Assembly: GCA_951406725.2 (NCBI GenBank) | Contig: OX597814.1 | Location: 99,758,001-99,822,000 of the forward strand | Direction: 5' to 3' | Length of the DNA stretch: 64,000 bases | Source of the DNA: Octopus vulgaris | Taxonomy: Eukaryota | Shown here: one piece after another, positions 44,706 through 59,435 of the stretch | How the letters are laid out: each line of letters opens with the position of its first letter | Position numbering within the stretch: the first letter of the stretch is position 1 | Program-made: the position numbers and the translations under genes | The notes under the pieces: model-generated | Database searches by the model: none | Told to the model about the DNA's origin: nothing | The model's input: the letters and a program-made list of their open reading frames with translations, nothing else

Positions 44706-46739
44706 ATTGAAATTGGTATCATACGAATTCCTCTTTCTCTTCATGTAAACAAATAACATGGCGTCGAATTAAAGAAAGACAGGTACGGTAGAAAACCCAA
44801 ATCTTTTTCTTATAAATTAATTGTTTATTTCATACTAACAATAGTAAATAAATATATAAAGAAATATCTAAAGATCGTCTTCCGTGTACTTCTCGGCTTC
44901 GGAATTAGCGATTCGGGTTTTTTCGTTTATTCCAAGTGTCGGAACTTCAGACGTGGCTTGTACCTAGAAAATATCTGAAGATTTTTTTATAGGATGTGCT
45001 TATAAGTCGCACCGCCAACTTTAGGTGAAGTTTTCCTGGAAAAAAGTGCGACCTATTATCTCTTCCACAGACATGCTCTATTAACGGAGTTCTCGAGCGA
45101 AGCCAGCGTGACACAGTGAAAAAGCTGAATACTTCAATTGCAGGTCCAATCATTCCAATGGCCTTTCATGTAGTTTACGCCAAACCAAATTTACTCACAA
45201 TGTGTGGGTCAACTAAAAATATAAGGCACTTTCTCATGATGTTATGCAGCGGGACACATCCCTCAACATCATGACTGTCAAGTGATCTTCTTAAACCGTT
45301 TAACATGCTTGCGTCCAGTCACCGAAACTGAACGGTGCCATCTGAAAGAAATACCTTGGGCTGCAATTCAACATAATCATCAAGTACTAATCATGCTCGT
45401 ATACACAAACACACACATGCAGACAGGCATAAAACTTACATATTTTGGTACAGGAAAAAACATTGCTAAACATTTCTAACATCGGTGCATCGACGTAATT
45501 TCAAACCTTTTGGGGAGGATATGACCAATATTATCGACCCTGCTTCTTAATTAGTACATATTTTATCGCCCTGGAAGTGATTACGACTAGAAATTTGAAA
45601 CAACGAAATTAAATACCGCAAGGCATTAATCAGGCCCTCTACTGTTTCTCCCACACACGATTTGCTTATAAATTGATTCTACAGCTTGATACACTTAATG
45701 TCAACTGTTAGATCAATGTGTTTACAATCCAAATGTTTTAAGCAACTTTCTTGAAACCAATCTCAGTCACGTTCACGTGTTTTAGTCAACGTATACAATT
45801 TCGTATATTTTTCAGCGGTGGCTTTTTTTTTATTTTTGCTTTTTCTTTCGTTTATTCTGACTTCTTCCATGGTTCTTTCTGTCCAGTTGCAAAAACTTAG
45901 GCTTCAAATGTTAGAGTTTCGTTCTAATTTAATGTTTGATAGTAATGACTTAAAAGATCCAAATATACCGTGAGTTGAGAGGTCTTTAGAACAAGACCGT
46001 TACGTTTTATCTAGTTTATATTTTAAGGTGGTTAGTCCCTCAATTATTTAGTGAATTATTTTTGTTTTATGGCATACAGATGTTTATGCGTGCGACTATT
46101 TATATATGCATCGTTGTAAAATACTTAAACTAGCACCATGTATATCTGGCTTGTAGACTTTGAATTAAGCCTGTATTTTAATAATTGATTAACATCTGTT
46201 GCCTGATTTAATACCGCCACATGGGTTCCTTTAGTTGAGTCAACTCTGTTACGAACTTGTCAGAATAATCTTTTCTATTCCTCCAACCATCTCATTGGTC
46301 CTGAAAAATGTCAGGTTACTGCCTTTCTTCTGGCAATGTCGTAAAAATAAACTAAACTAACATTATTAATTAAAAGAAAGCATAACTCCCTGAATCTGCT
46401 TGAATGTGCATATGCATTCTTTTATTCTGATATACATTTTCGAGTCTGCATTATCACTGAGGTGTACTGCTCTTCCACGTATGCTTGATCAGTATCTTTT
46501 GAACGAGTTTGCAGTAAGAGAAAAGAATGCGAGCTGAAGAGCAAATTTTAAATTGTAGAAAGCAAATGTTCTATTACAAGTACATTATTTACGTGGAATA
46601 TCACTGGCATAACTTTAAATATTGTGATTTTTCCAATTTTATTAACATAGAAGCACTTTTTCGAAAATGTCTTATTTCAGTGTTATATATATATATTTTA
46701 TTTATTATATGTATTATAAAAATAATACATAATTATATG

Positions 46740-47720
46740 CATATATACATACATATATGTACAGGACATAAAAAAAAACGTTGAACACATTAAGAATCGA
46801 AAACATAAAAACAAAAACATAGAAACAAACTTTTTTTCAAACAGCGAAAAACACAGAGTACAATACATACAACACAAGAAATATTCCCCTTCTTCAGTTG
46901 TCTCTGTTTCATCTACTCAGCGTTACTAAGGTAAGGACAAGACGCGACTTCGTTAAAACAATCTTTCCTGCAAAGCAAATTAAATAAAATTTGGGATTTT
47001 TTGCGGAGGGTAAAAGTGGTAACAAAAACAGGACAGTAAGAACAAAACAAGACAGTAAAAGTAAAAAAGTAAAAACAGTAAAAGACAGAACAATGAGAAT
47101 AAAACAGTAAAAACAAACGATGATGGCTGTTAAGTCAAGAAGGTGGAAAAATTATTTTGAACGCTTAAGGAGACAGCTTATGAAAGAGACAGAATAAGCT
47201 GGTCTGGTTTTGGTGAAGAGAGAAGTTGGAAAGATTGCTTCCGTCTGAGCATGTATCAGTGACGAGAGAGTCGAGGAGGAGGAGGAGGAGGAGGAGTAAG
47301 AGAGAGGGAACGGTGATTCCCACCCTTCCCTAGTCTTCTCCTCTCCCCTTCATCGTTCTCTCTCTCTTACACCTCCTCTCAAATTGTATTTAATTTGCTT
47401 TGAGGGAAGGACTGTTTTAACGAAGTCGCGTCTTGTCCTTACTTCGGAACACGGAGTAGACGAAACAGTGACAACTGGAAAAGGGGAATATCCCTTGTAT
47501 TTTATGTCTTGTACTTTGTGTTTTTCGTTGTTTGAAAAAAGTTCGTTTCTATACTTTTGTTTTTATGTTTTCGTTTCTCATTGTGTTCAACGTTATTTTT
47601 TATGTCCTGTACCAATATATGCATGTGTATGTACATATATGTATGTATATATGCACATAATTATGTATTATTTATATTATTATATGATCGAACGCCACGC
47701 ATCCTTTTTCCTAGTGTTAT
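46740..47720. mobile_element. Divergent inverted pair of an interspersed repeat, probably Penelope-like (other copies 1-262 +, 17030-17300 -, 50570-50840 +)
   Basis: 46750-46995 is a diverged reverse complement of 47380-47620 (AACGAAGTCGCGTCTTGTCCTTAC...CTGAAGAAGGGGAATAT...TGTCCTGTAC). Confidence 0.75.
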
Positions 47721-47729
47721 ATATATATA

Positions 47730-47872
47730 AGCGTAGGAGTAGCTGTGTGGTAAGTAGCTTGCTTACCAACCACATGGTTCCGGCTTCAGTCACGGGCCGA
47801 CCAAAGCCTTGTGAGTGGATTTGGTAGACGGAAACTGAAAGAAGCCCGTCGTATATATGTATGTGTATATAC

Positions 47873-47944
<72 letters not shown>

Positions 47945-48160
47945 GTGTGTGTATATGTTTGTGTGACTGTGTTTGTCCCTCGGCATCGCTTGACAACCGA
48001 TGTTGGTCTGTTTACGTCCCCGTAACTTAGCGGTTCATCATAAGAGACCGATAGAATAAGTACTAGGCTTACAAAGAATAAGTCCTAGGGTAGATTTGCT
48101 CGATTAAAGGCGGTGCTCCAGCATGGCCGCAGTCAAATGACTGAAACAAGTAAAAGAGTA
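47730..48160 (+). mobile_element. SINE family A with a ~40 bp internal deletion
   Basis: Same head and tail; lacks the segment after the B box; expanded internal (TA)n. Confidence 0.88.
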
Positions 48161-49066
48161 ACATATATGTGTGTGTGGGTGTGCGTCTGTGTGTGTATGG
48201 ATGGATGTATATTACTTATGTGTCTATATATGTGAGAGTGCATGTGCGATATGAGGGTATGTTTGTGTGTGTGTGTGAGCACATCTGTTGCAAATATATC
48301 AGGGAACGTCTACGACAACTTATTGGTAAAGTGGTTTACTCAAACACCCACAAAGCACATAGAGGAAAGCCTGTTAGCATTCCATCTATCGTCATACTCT
48401 TGCGCACATATTTGCACTCACTCTTGAATCTTGGAATTTCTTTATTACAGTGTTCTTGTAACTCTATATGTAAGTACAAACACTCTCTCTTTCATGCTTC
48501 CACACACAAATACACACACACACACATATATATATGCGCGCACACACACACACATATATATGTGCATATATGTACGTATACATCTATATATACATATATA
48601 TGCATCTGTGTATATATGTGTATGCAATGATATATATATATGTCTCTCTCTCTCTCTCTTTTTCTATATATACATATATATATATACATATTATATATAT
48701 ACTATATGTATATATATGCATATATATACATATACATTTGTCTTATGTCATACTTCAGGCTGCAACGTAATCCTGTTGCATACGTATAACATCTCATGTC
48801 TGAATATGTCTCCTTGTGCGAGTGGCTGTACCTCCTCGTATGTATGTATGTATGTATGTATGTATGTATGTGTGTATGTATATATGTATGTATCTATGTA
48901 TGTATGTATTATGTGTGTACGTATATATGTGAATAAGTATGTATGCATATGAGAGAGCAGTGCATGCCATCAAAGTGACGCCGGGGTAAAATATACGAAG
49001 CCCAGTATACCATCATGACTACCAGTCTAATAAGGGTACGCCAGGTGTGCATGTATGTATATGTGT

Positions 49067-49282
49067 ACTCTCTCTTTTACTCTTTTACTTGTTTCAGTCA
49101 TTTGACTGCAGCCCTGCTGGAGCACCGTCTTTAGTCGAGCAAATCGAAACCCGGGACTTATTCTTTGTAAGCCTAGTATTTATTCTATCGGTTTCTTTTG
49201 CCGAACCGCTAAGTAACGGGGACGTAAACACACCAGCATCGGTTGTCAAGCAATGCTGAGGGGACAAACACAGACACACAAG

Positions 49283-49334
<52 letters not shown>

Positions 49335-49507
49335 CATATATACGACGGGCTTCTTTCAGTTTTCGTCTATCAAATCCAGTCACTAGGATTTTTGTCGGCC
49401 TGAGGCTATAGTAGAAGACACTTGCCCAAGGTGCCACGATGTGGGACTGAAGCCGGTCCCATGTGGTTGTTAAGCAAGCTACTTACCACACGTCCACTCC
49501 TACGCCT
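49067..49507 (-). mobile_element. Full-length SINE family A
   Basis: Colinear with 17344-17752. Confidence 0.88.
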
Positions 49508-49607
49508 ACATACATACATACATACATACATACATACATACATACATACATACATAGTGATCCAAGTATTGTATGTATGTATGTATACGTACATGTATGC
49601 AAATGCT

Positions 49608-50527
49608 AGGTGCATTCCTGAAGGTTTTTGAGACTTCTGTAGGAAGTTTCATTAATTTAAAAATACAAACCTCGAATCTACTTCTCAGTAGGATCCGCTG
49701 ACTTTATGCACTTCTTGTAAGGCTCCACCCATTTCTTGAAGGCCCCATGGAAGTCCTCCAAATTAAAGACGTACACAACTCTTGTTACATTATTCCTCAT
49801 CTTCTCAATGTCTTCAAAATCACAGCCATTGAGGTTCTCCTACAGCTTGAGAAACAGTTAAAAGTCGCAGATGCAAGGTCCGTAGCGGAGGGATGGTGAG
49901 GGGCAGTATCGATGCCCATCTCTGTAAAGTAATTGTTTACCAGGATGCACTCCACTGAGCACACCGGGAACCATCTTTGCACAAGTTTTGCACATGTTTG
50001 CATCTCCATGACTAATTCTGTGTACAGTTGCACACTAAACTCTAATCTGCGTGCTTATTGTCTGCCTAGATACTCAACAGTCTTCGTCCAGAAAATTACG
50101 AGTTTTTTTCAAAGAACTGTGATTTTCTAACCGCTTTCCCTCAGACATCTCTCATCGTTTCTCACTTTCTCTCTATCGTCCTTGAACTTCTTAAGGCAGC
50201 AACAAACAGAATGTTCGGCTCATACAAGTTAATTCATAAGCATTTCGTAAGTTTCTGTAATGTTTTTGCCCAGCTTAACACAAAACTTTATTGTATAGTG
50301 AACGTCCAAATTATCTTCACATCCTAACTGCACTCTGCAAAGTGGACAGTTGTGACTAGCATTGTTTAGTAGGGTGCGTTCAAAGTGTTGTTACAACCGT
50401 CTCCTTCATATAAAATGTTCATGGGTAGCTTGTTTGATGTATAGTGATAATATACTAATATTACAATAATCTGGGACAATAATAATTACCTCTCCTTGCA
50501 AAGTCTCAAAACCTCTGGACTATACCT
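49608..50527 (-). mobile_element. Decayed mariner-like element
   Basis: Imperfect TIRs (AGGTGCATTCCTGAAGGTTTTTGAGACTT / AAGTCTCAAAACCTCTGGACTATACCT). HHPSATDLASATFNCF resembles HPPYSPDLAPxDFxLF. Confidence 0.7.
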
Positions 50528-50845
50528 TGTATGTATGCATGTATGTATGCACTTATTTATGTATGTATATAGAAGGGGAATATTTCTGGTGTTGTATATC
50601 TTGTACTTTCTATGATTTATGTTTTTATGCTTTTGTTTCTCATTGTGTTCCACGTTTTTTTGTGTCCTGTACCAATATGTGCATATATATATACATGTAT
50701 GTGCATATATATATATATATATCTACATGTATATATATGTAGGCATGTACAAATATGTATGTATATATGCATATATTTATATATTATTTATATCATTATA
50801 TGATCGAACGCCACGCATACTTTTCCAAGTAAGTTTTATCTTATG

Positions 50846-50879
<34 letters not shown>

Positions 50880-51430
50880 TGTATGTATGTATGTATGTAT
50901 GTATGTGTGTGTGTGTGTGTGTGCATGTATGTATATATGTATGTATAAATATGTCTCCATGTGTTTATACAGTACCAAGCAATACGTGTTTTTATAGCAT
51001 GTGTTCTATGAACACTCTTTTCTTGTTGCCAACACAACCATTAGAATGTAAACAGAATAAAAGACAGAAACAGATTATTTGATGACGAATATACCAGTGT
51101 AATTAGTGTAATGATAGTGGTTGTAGTTACATTTGTAGTAGAGGTGCTAGTGTATCCACGTCCAATAAAAATTTAGTACTCTGTGCAGCTTTAAGAACAT
51201 GTTAAATAATTTTATAAAACTTTTTTCTCAAGCAGGTAATGAACGGTTTCACAATGAACACCTGACTGGCATACAATTGGCTATGCATGAGAATATTTTG
51301 ATTGATGGCAACACAACTGCTCTAATATTCGTCATCATCGTCATCGTAAAGGATTTATCAAGTACAACCATACAATCCCATAACGTTTTAAGCTTTCTGT
51401 GCTAACTTCCAAAAATTTAGAGGAGAGAGA

Positions 51431-51472
<42 letters not shown>

Positions 51473-53074
51473 CAGAGAGAAAGAAAGAGAAAAAGACTGA
51501 GAGAGGGCGAGCCATATTTGATATCACTAACATATGCATGGCACTCTCTAAATAACAGCATGACTTCAGGCCACTACTCTCTACTAACTCACAGCAGAAA
51601 CTTTTTGACTTTGAAACATATCATTTAGGTAATCACTGCTTTGTATTGAAGTAGCCAATTTCAACTTGTACAAAAATATACAGAATGATGCACACAAAAG
51701 CAACATACCCTATTGCTTTATAGAATAGAACACATCTATAATTTGTAACGCAGCGAAATGAGTGCGTTGTATTTTTTATTGGTCAGCGTAGAGCCTTCGG
51801 GAGTCATTTTCTAGTATTTATAACAAAACAAGTCACAGAGAAATCCGAAATGGAGAATCACATACCTGACCATATACTGATATCATAATACGGAGATCAT
51901 AATAAAGCACGCTCGCAATGAAGTTGACACTGGGTTCTTCATCATATTTGTAGTAGAGGCAGTACAGGTGGAGAGTACCGAGGAATCCAGAAATGACATG
52001 CAGTAGGGTGAGGTTCCAATTTCGAATACTACATGTAAGTGTTGACCTTATCCGGTGTTTTAATCTCGACGGAAGTGATTTAATCGATAAAGTAAGTGTC
52101 AGTTATGTATTTAGGTTTAATAAATAATACTAAATGCTATAACTCGATTCTGTTTAAATTAAAAACCAATGGAGTAGCATCTACTCGGCCGTTGAACTTT
52201 ATCCAACGGAGGAGCAATTACGTGGTTGTTTGACTTCGTCTGCTAGAAATAGCAGCAAAGGGTTACATCGTATTGTCTTACCAAATGATAGAGTGATTGG
52301 AAACATCAATCCCCAGGATAAAAAAAAAAATTTTTTTTAAGCTGGGTAGCCTTGACTGGAAAACCTTATATCGTGTATGTACTAATATCGAGTTGCTCTT
52401 CTACACTCTAAGCTATAAATCCCCTTCTCTTACCGCACCGTTCTCCCACTTTCTATAATATAAACATGTGTTTATATAAATGTGAGTATATGACTCTGTG
52501 CCTGTGAGTGTGTTTATGTTTAATTGTTTATTGTGTTGGACAGATTTACCTCTTCCTCCACAAAAATTTGAATGTAGTTACTGGAGGAAGCAATTAGCCT
52601 ATTCAGGAATAACAGTTAAAATGTCGGTAGGAAACCTACTGCTTCCTAGACGACTGTTGCGTTAATTAGCAAGAAGCTTCCACGTTTCATGTTGACAGCT
52701 TTATAACTTGCTTTTGTAGCTATTGTCTAAATTTATAGCAGTCGTGTATGTCCATGTAACCATATCGTAGAATTCATCCTCACCAGAATAAAGTTTCAAT
52801 TATAAATATTTCTATTCCGTCTTTTGTTATCTATTGATAATCATATTATTCTGTCCGCCATATAACTTCTTTTTATAGTCGTAAATTGTTTTTGTAAAAA
52901 TACTGACTAGTTCAATATTTTATTCACGGTCGTGTCCAGTATTTTCAAAGATGTTTGTAGTCTTTTATTTATATATTTATTTATATTAGCTTAAATTTTT
53001 TTTCCTATACTTTCATACTGTTTAAACTCCCTCGTTTAAAAGAGAAAGTATAACAGTGATGAAGGCTTGATGCT

Positions 53075-53106
<32 letters not shown>

Positions 53107-53335
53107 ACATACACACACACACACACACATACTCACACATATATATATATGTATACGTATATGTGTGATGAAAGATTTCAGACAAAGGACAATAAAATAA
53201 CAATAATAGAAGACGGAGGATATAGGGCATGTGGTTAATTGTCAAAAAATATGACCATCCAGAAATATAATATATACTTATACATACATACATATATATG
53301 CATATATATATTTATATATACATGCATATATATGC

Positions 53336-53391
<56 letters not shown>

Positions 53392-53454
53392 TATATGTAT
53401 GCATGTATATTTACACACACACACACACACTCACATATGTCTCTATATATATAT

Positions 53455-53840
53455 CTTTTCTTCATTTCAGTCATCAGACAGCGGCCATCATAGTACTGCC
53501 TTAAAGAATTTTTAGTCGAATAAATCAATCCCACAATTTATTTTCTCTAAACCTGGTACTTATTCTATCAGGCTACTTTTTCGAACTGCTAGTTACGGGG
53601 ATGTAAACGTACCAACACCGATTGTCAAGCGGTGGTGGTTGAAAACACAAACACCAAAATACGCACACACACACACATTCAGACTCACAAGCAAATAAAT
53701 ATATCTTTCAATTCCACTCACAAAATATCGGTCAGCCCTAGGCTATTGGAGAAGTTACTTGCCGAAGATGCGAGGCCATCGGATTGAACTCGGAACACTG
53801 TGGTTGAAAACTAAACTTTTTACAGTACAGCTATGCCTAT
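53455..53840 (-). mobile_element. Diverged SINE family A
   Basis: Colinear degenerate match to family A. Confidence 0.7.
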
Positions 53841-53881
53841 ACACACACACTAACACACACACACATATATATATACACCCC

Positions 53882-53942
<61 letters not shown>

Positions 53943-53956
<14 letters not shown>

Positions 53957-54194
53957 AAATGAAGAAAATGCTGACAAATAATTGAAGTATTTAGTAATTT
54001 AATTAGGTGAAAGTTCTATTTACCGGTTGCGCATTTGTTATGCTTATCAAAATATGCTTATCAAAATATGCTTATCAAACATATTTTGATAAGCATAACA
54101 AATGCGCAACCGGTAAATAGAACTTTCACCTAATTAAATTACTTAAATTACTTCAATTATTTGTCAGCATTTTCTTCATTTCCTTTTTATATAT
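53943..54194. repeat. ~250 bp palindrome of two hammerhead-bearing element ends
   Basis: Arms 53943-54056 and 54080-54194 are reverse complements with about three 1 bp indels. The spacer is a tandem 14-mer TGCTTATCAAAATA. Confidence 0.93.
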
Positions 54195-54223
54195 CACCAC
54201 TCGTGTTCGACATCTCCTTTTTT

Positions 54224-54309
<86 letters not shown>

Positions 54310-54629
54310 ATTTCTGGTCTTAAATGACATTTTTTCAGACTTTTCTCTTTTTTTAACATTTATTTAGTGTCTAAATAAAATATAAACGCCCATGTCCATC
54401 TTACTCCCTTCCTTTTGTAAAATTTCAAAAGCTTGCACGGCAAACCAGTATTGTACTATGGCAAACTTGAGATACATGCTCCCTAGTTACAATATGAAAA
54501 GAGCAGTGCAAAGTAATAAAGGGGCCAGTTATGTGTAAGCCACATGCAAAGCAAAGGAAAGAGGGACTGGTTTTCTAGGTTGATCAGTTGTCGGTTATCA
54601 AGGGGTCAAGAAAGCGAATCGTCAAAAGG

Positions 54630-54960
54630 TGTGGAACATCAACACTGTGCCATATATTCAAGAGAGAATATAAAAGACAGATGATGAAGTGCTTGACCAG
54701 TTAGTGGTAGCAAATCAGTGAATAGACTCATCTTTTATCTATCTATTTATTATTTTATTTATTTATTTATTTTAAGTTGTGGTAATCGATTCTGTGTAGC
54801 AAGCCGGCTCGACAAATTAGTCCTGCTCCGCCTACCGATTACCGACAATAGATTGAAAGAAGGTATACACACATAAAGAAGAAAGCACTGCGAGTGAGAA
54901 GTTTGCCGCCAATGAGTTTGTCCTAGTGGGAGGCTTCAAGTCAGAGACGAATACTCGATA
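54630..54960 (+). pseudogene. Possible decayed APE endonuclease remnant (RTE-like)
   Basis: WNINTV, SCSA/PT and FVLVGGFK occur in the order expected for WNVRTL, CYAPT and LxGDFN. Confidence 0.3.
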
Positions 54961-56665
54961 AAGATTTTAAAATACCAGCGTGTGTTTCCACTCTAGCAGT
55001 TTAACAGCGTGTTGTTATTAACATCATACATCAACACTGGCAACAGACCACGCTTTCCTAATTTTTATAGTTTTAAGAATAGATAGTTAAGCGTTTGTAT
55101 TTATGTTTTTTTTTTACTTGTCAACACTTTATCATAAGTGAAACTATCAAATATCTTGTTACTTTAAATCTTTTTTAAACCAGTAAGGTGAACCGAAATG
55201 TCGTGAAATTTATACCCCTATATTTCCGAATCTCTTAAAGGCAACTGTGAAACTTCTAAACTGTCCCTCGACTTGTGAAAAATAGCCACCAAATTAATCT
55301 GATGTTTTACTGTCTTCAAAAAAAAAAAAAAAAAAAAAAAAGAGACGGAGATTACTTAAAATCAAATAACGATGGAATATTCATTAAGTGAACCTCTTTC
55401 AAGTTCAACTTCGGCTACACTATGTTTTAAATATTTAATTTAACAAAATCTACCGGCAAAGAGAGCGCCAACTTTTTTAATCAACGAAATGAAACAAAAA
55501 TATTTCGTCAGTGCCTCACTTATGTTTAAATATATGTGTGTGTGTGTGCGTATCTATGTCTACCTTTTTACTCTGTGGATTATCTGGTATATAACAACAA
55601 GTGGAAGGAAAATCTACATTAGCAGTCGACTCTTACTCATTTTCAGCTGTGTTGATTGAACTAACGGGAAATGATGTGGTTTGCTTAAGAAGACATGTCC
55701 TGTCCAAGAATCGCACCCATAACTATATGATATTAAGCACCAAAACCTAATCGCAAAGCCACACGCCTTGACTCACACACAGACACACATCTGGATGGGT
55801 ACACGGAAAAGTGAATGAATGAATGGGGTATATAACAGCATACAACATCGTGTATTTTTGTTTGTTTTCTTTTTTTGCTCTATTTGGGGGAGGGGCAGCC
55901 GAGACCGGTGTGATCGCTTCCGTCAATATTCTGTTGGAATTGTTCATATCAACACTATGAATGGCATGAGCGCAGGGGAGATTCAAGGGCAGCGTTGGGT
56001 TTACCATTCAGCAAACTAAGTACATGATTAGAGTCTCGACTCAGTAATGGTAAATGGTTCACGGCGCAAAAGTAATCACTTTAAACTTGCTGAAAAAATA
56101 TCCGAAGTGGTTTAAATGATCGAAAATATAATTTCGAAGTTCATGGTGTTACAGTGAGAATCTGATCAAAAACTTAAAAAATAAAAATATAAAATTTAGG
56201 AAAGAACTTTTCAAATATAAATAAAATGGAGGTACACAAAAATAAACGATGTTTTCCATCTTATTTTTAATTTTGTTTCATTTTCAAAAACAAAAATTCA
56301 TTTTATGGTTTATTATTGTTTATATTTTGAATTACATATGTATGGGACATCAGATGTGCTTAGGGCCTCGATGGGACTTAATCTGCCCATGTTCTAGTGA
56401 AAGAATTGTTTGGAGAAGGTCTCAGCATAGATTTAAGTTTGGTTGAGATAAACATAACAAGGGCCAAGAGAAAAGGCAAGACGATTGAGTTGGTAGTGTT
56501 GGAGTGGGATTCGTAAAATTTCAATAGCAGCGATACGAAAAATAAATCAAAACCAGAAAGAAAGCCTGTAGGCCAGCAGTCTATAACGTAAGACAATGGT
56601 CACGGTAAGACTTGTAATTATTATAAATCTGTTTCACTGACAAACAGTAATATGTGAAAAGGAAT

Positions 56666-56875
56666 GAGGCGGTGAGCTGAGAGAAATGTTAGCACACCGG
56701 GCAAAATACTTAGCAGTATTTCGTCTGTCTTATGCTCTGGGTACAAATCTCGCCGAGGTCACTTTTGCCTTTCACCCTTTTGGGGTCGATAAATTAAGTA
56801 CTAGTTGCGTACTGGGTTGATTTAATCGACTGGCTCTCTCCCCCAAATTTTCGGGCTTTGTTCCTAGAGTAGAAA
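56666..56875 (+). mobile_element. SINE family C (others: 4505-4705 +, 4990-5180 -, 5480-5670 -, 20345-20555 +, 36020-36220 -, 45480-45660 -, 57272-57430 +, 59690-60120 +)
   Basis: GGCGGTGAGCTG..AGAA..GTTAGCAC head and the shared GCCTTTCA.CCTTT.GGGGTCGATAAA core. Confidence 0.82.
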
Positions 56876-57489
56876 AAAATATACGAAAATGAATAAATTT
56901 GTCGAGACGGCAAATGGAGCAAAATATAAAGGAGTAAGGAAGAAAATGTAGAAGAATTGCTCCACAAAACAAAATATCAGCTGAAAGCACCTTTTAGTTT
57001 TTGAAGGCCTAATTTCATGAACACATATATACATATACGCATGGTGATGCCCCTGCATAACCAGAATCCAATGAGTGAACACGTGAACGGTAAAAGATAA
57101 TGACACATAGACACACACATAGAGGTTTCTACATGCTGGTTCTTTTACAAACTCTCATACAAGCACTAAAGACTCCTTAAGATAATACAAAACTGCAATA
57201 TTTTCACCAATTTCAATGTCATGGTTAGCGAAACACGAAACCGGTAGACTATCATAATATTCTATCCTTTAAAGGCGGCGAGCTGGCAGAAACATTAGTA
57301 CGCTGGGCAAAATGCTTAACCGTATTTTGTCTCTCTGAGTTCAAAATCCGTCCAGGTGAACTTTGCCTTTCATCCTTTCGGAGTCGATAAATTAAGTACC
57401 AGTTGCGCAGTGGGATCGATCTAATCTATCCTTTAAAATATATTATACATACAGACACACACATATATGCACATTTTCATACATATCTT

Positions 57490-58136
<647 letters not shown>

Positions 58137-59371
58137 CATATATATATATATATATATATACATATGTATTTATATGTGTGCGTGTATAAATATATACATA
58201 CATACATACATACATACATACATACATACATACATACATACATACATACATACATACATGCATGCATTTACTTACCCTGTAGCAAGACTTTTCAGTGATG
58301 CCTAATTGTCAAAAATCGGTCAGAACTATCAGGTCATTGAAAGTAACTTTCTTTCACTTTGTCTCCTTTTTTGTTTTATTTTTCCGGGTTACCAAAGGAT
58401 CTGGTTTCATCTCAATGTTTATTATAGCGATCGACAAACACATTGTGTGGTCAAGCGAATTGAATACTACCCGTATTTTAAGCAAACATTAACGTCTATT
58501 ATTTGAGAATAAAATAATAAAATAACGTAGATAAAATGAAAATATTTATTTGAAATGCCAGAAAAGAAAAAGAAACATTAGCTTTGATCTGAAGGTTTTT
58601 GTGTGTAGGTTTAGTCCAATAAAGAATTCAGAATATTGTAAATCGTCATTCTATTGAAAAAAATCTTCAGCAAACTGTGTAAAGTTTTGTAAACATACAT
58701 GGAGCAACGGGTGGTAACATGGTAAAAAGTAAGATAACGGTCGTAGCAAGAGACACAAAGAGAAAGACAGGGAGACAGATAGATAGAGAGAGAGGGGGGA
58801 GGTTCATTTAATGTACTTTTCGTATAAGACTTTAAAAGCACAAAGGTATTAACCTTAAGATGATTAGTCTGTTTTGATAAGGGTTTCAATCATCGAGACT
58901 TGGATTCACGTACATACGCAGAATCACATAAGCATATTTTTTTTAGAATTTAGAACGTGCGTAGAACGGTGGAGAAATCTGTATTGGATTAATGAATGCT
59001 GAATAGAGATATTAAAATACCAGATATTTCTGGGACATCTAACTTACAGTTCATAGTTCTGTATACAGATTACATATATGTGTGTGCGTGCGGGTGTATG
59101 TGAGTGTATATATATATATATATGTGTGTGTTTGCTTGAATGTATGTATGTGTATTTATATGTGTGTGTGTGCGCGTGTATAGATATATGTATATACGCA
59201 TTTACTTACACATATTTATATTGATGTTTGATTATACATCAAGTCATGTATGAAAAACCATTTAACATGAAAGTGAATAATTACTTTATACCATTTCTCT
59301 TTTGCCGGACCGCTGAGTTACGGAGACGTAAACACACTAACACCGGTTGTCAAGCAGTGGTGAGAAACAAA

Positions 59372-59435
<64 letters not shown>

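Noticed and set aside
56340-56640. Possible RT remnant on the minus strand
   Set aside because: Only vague similarity to the GVPQG/ADD region; too decayed to call.
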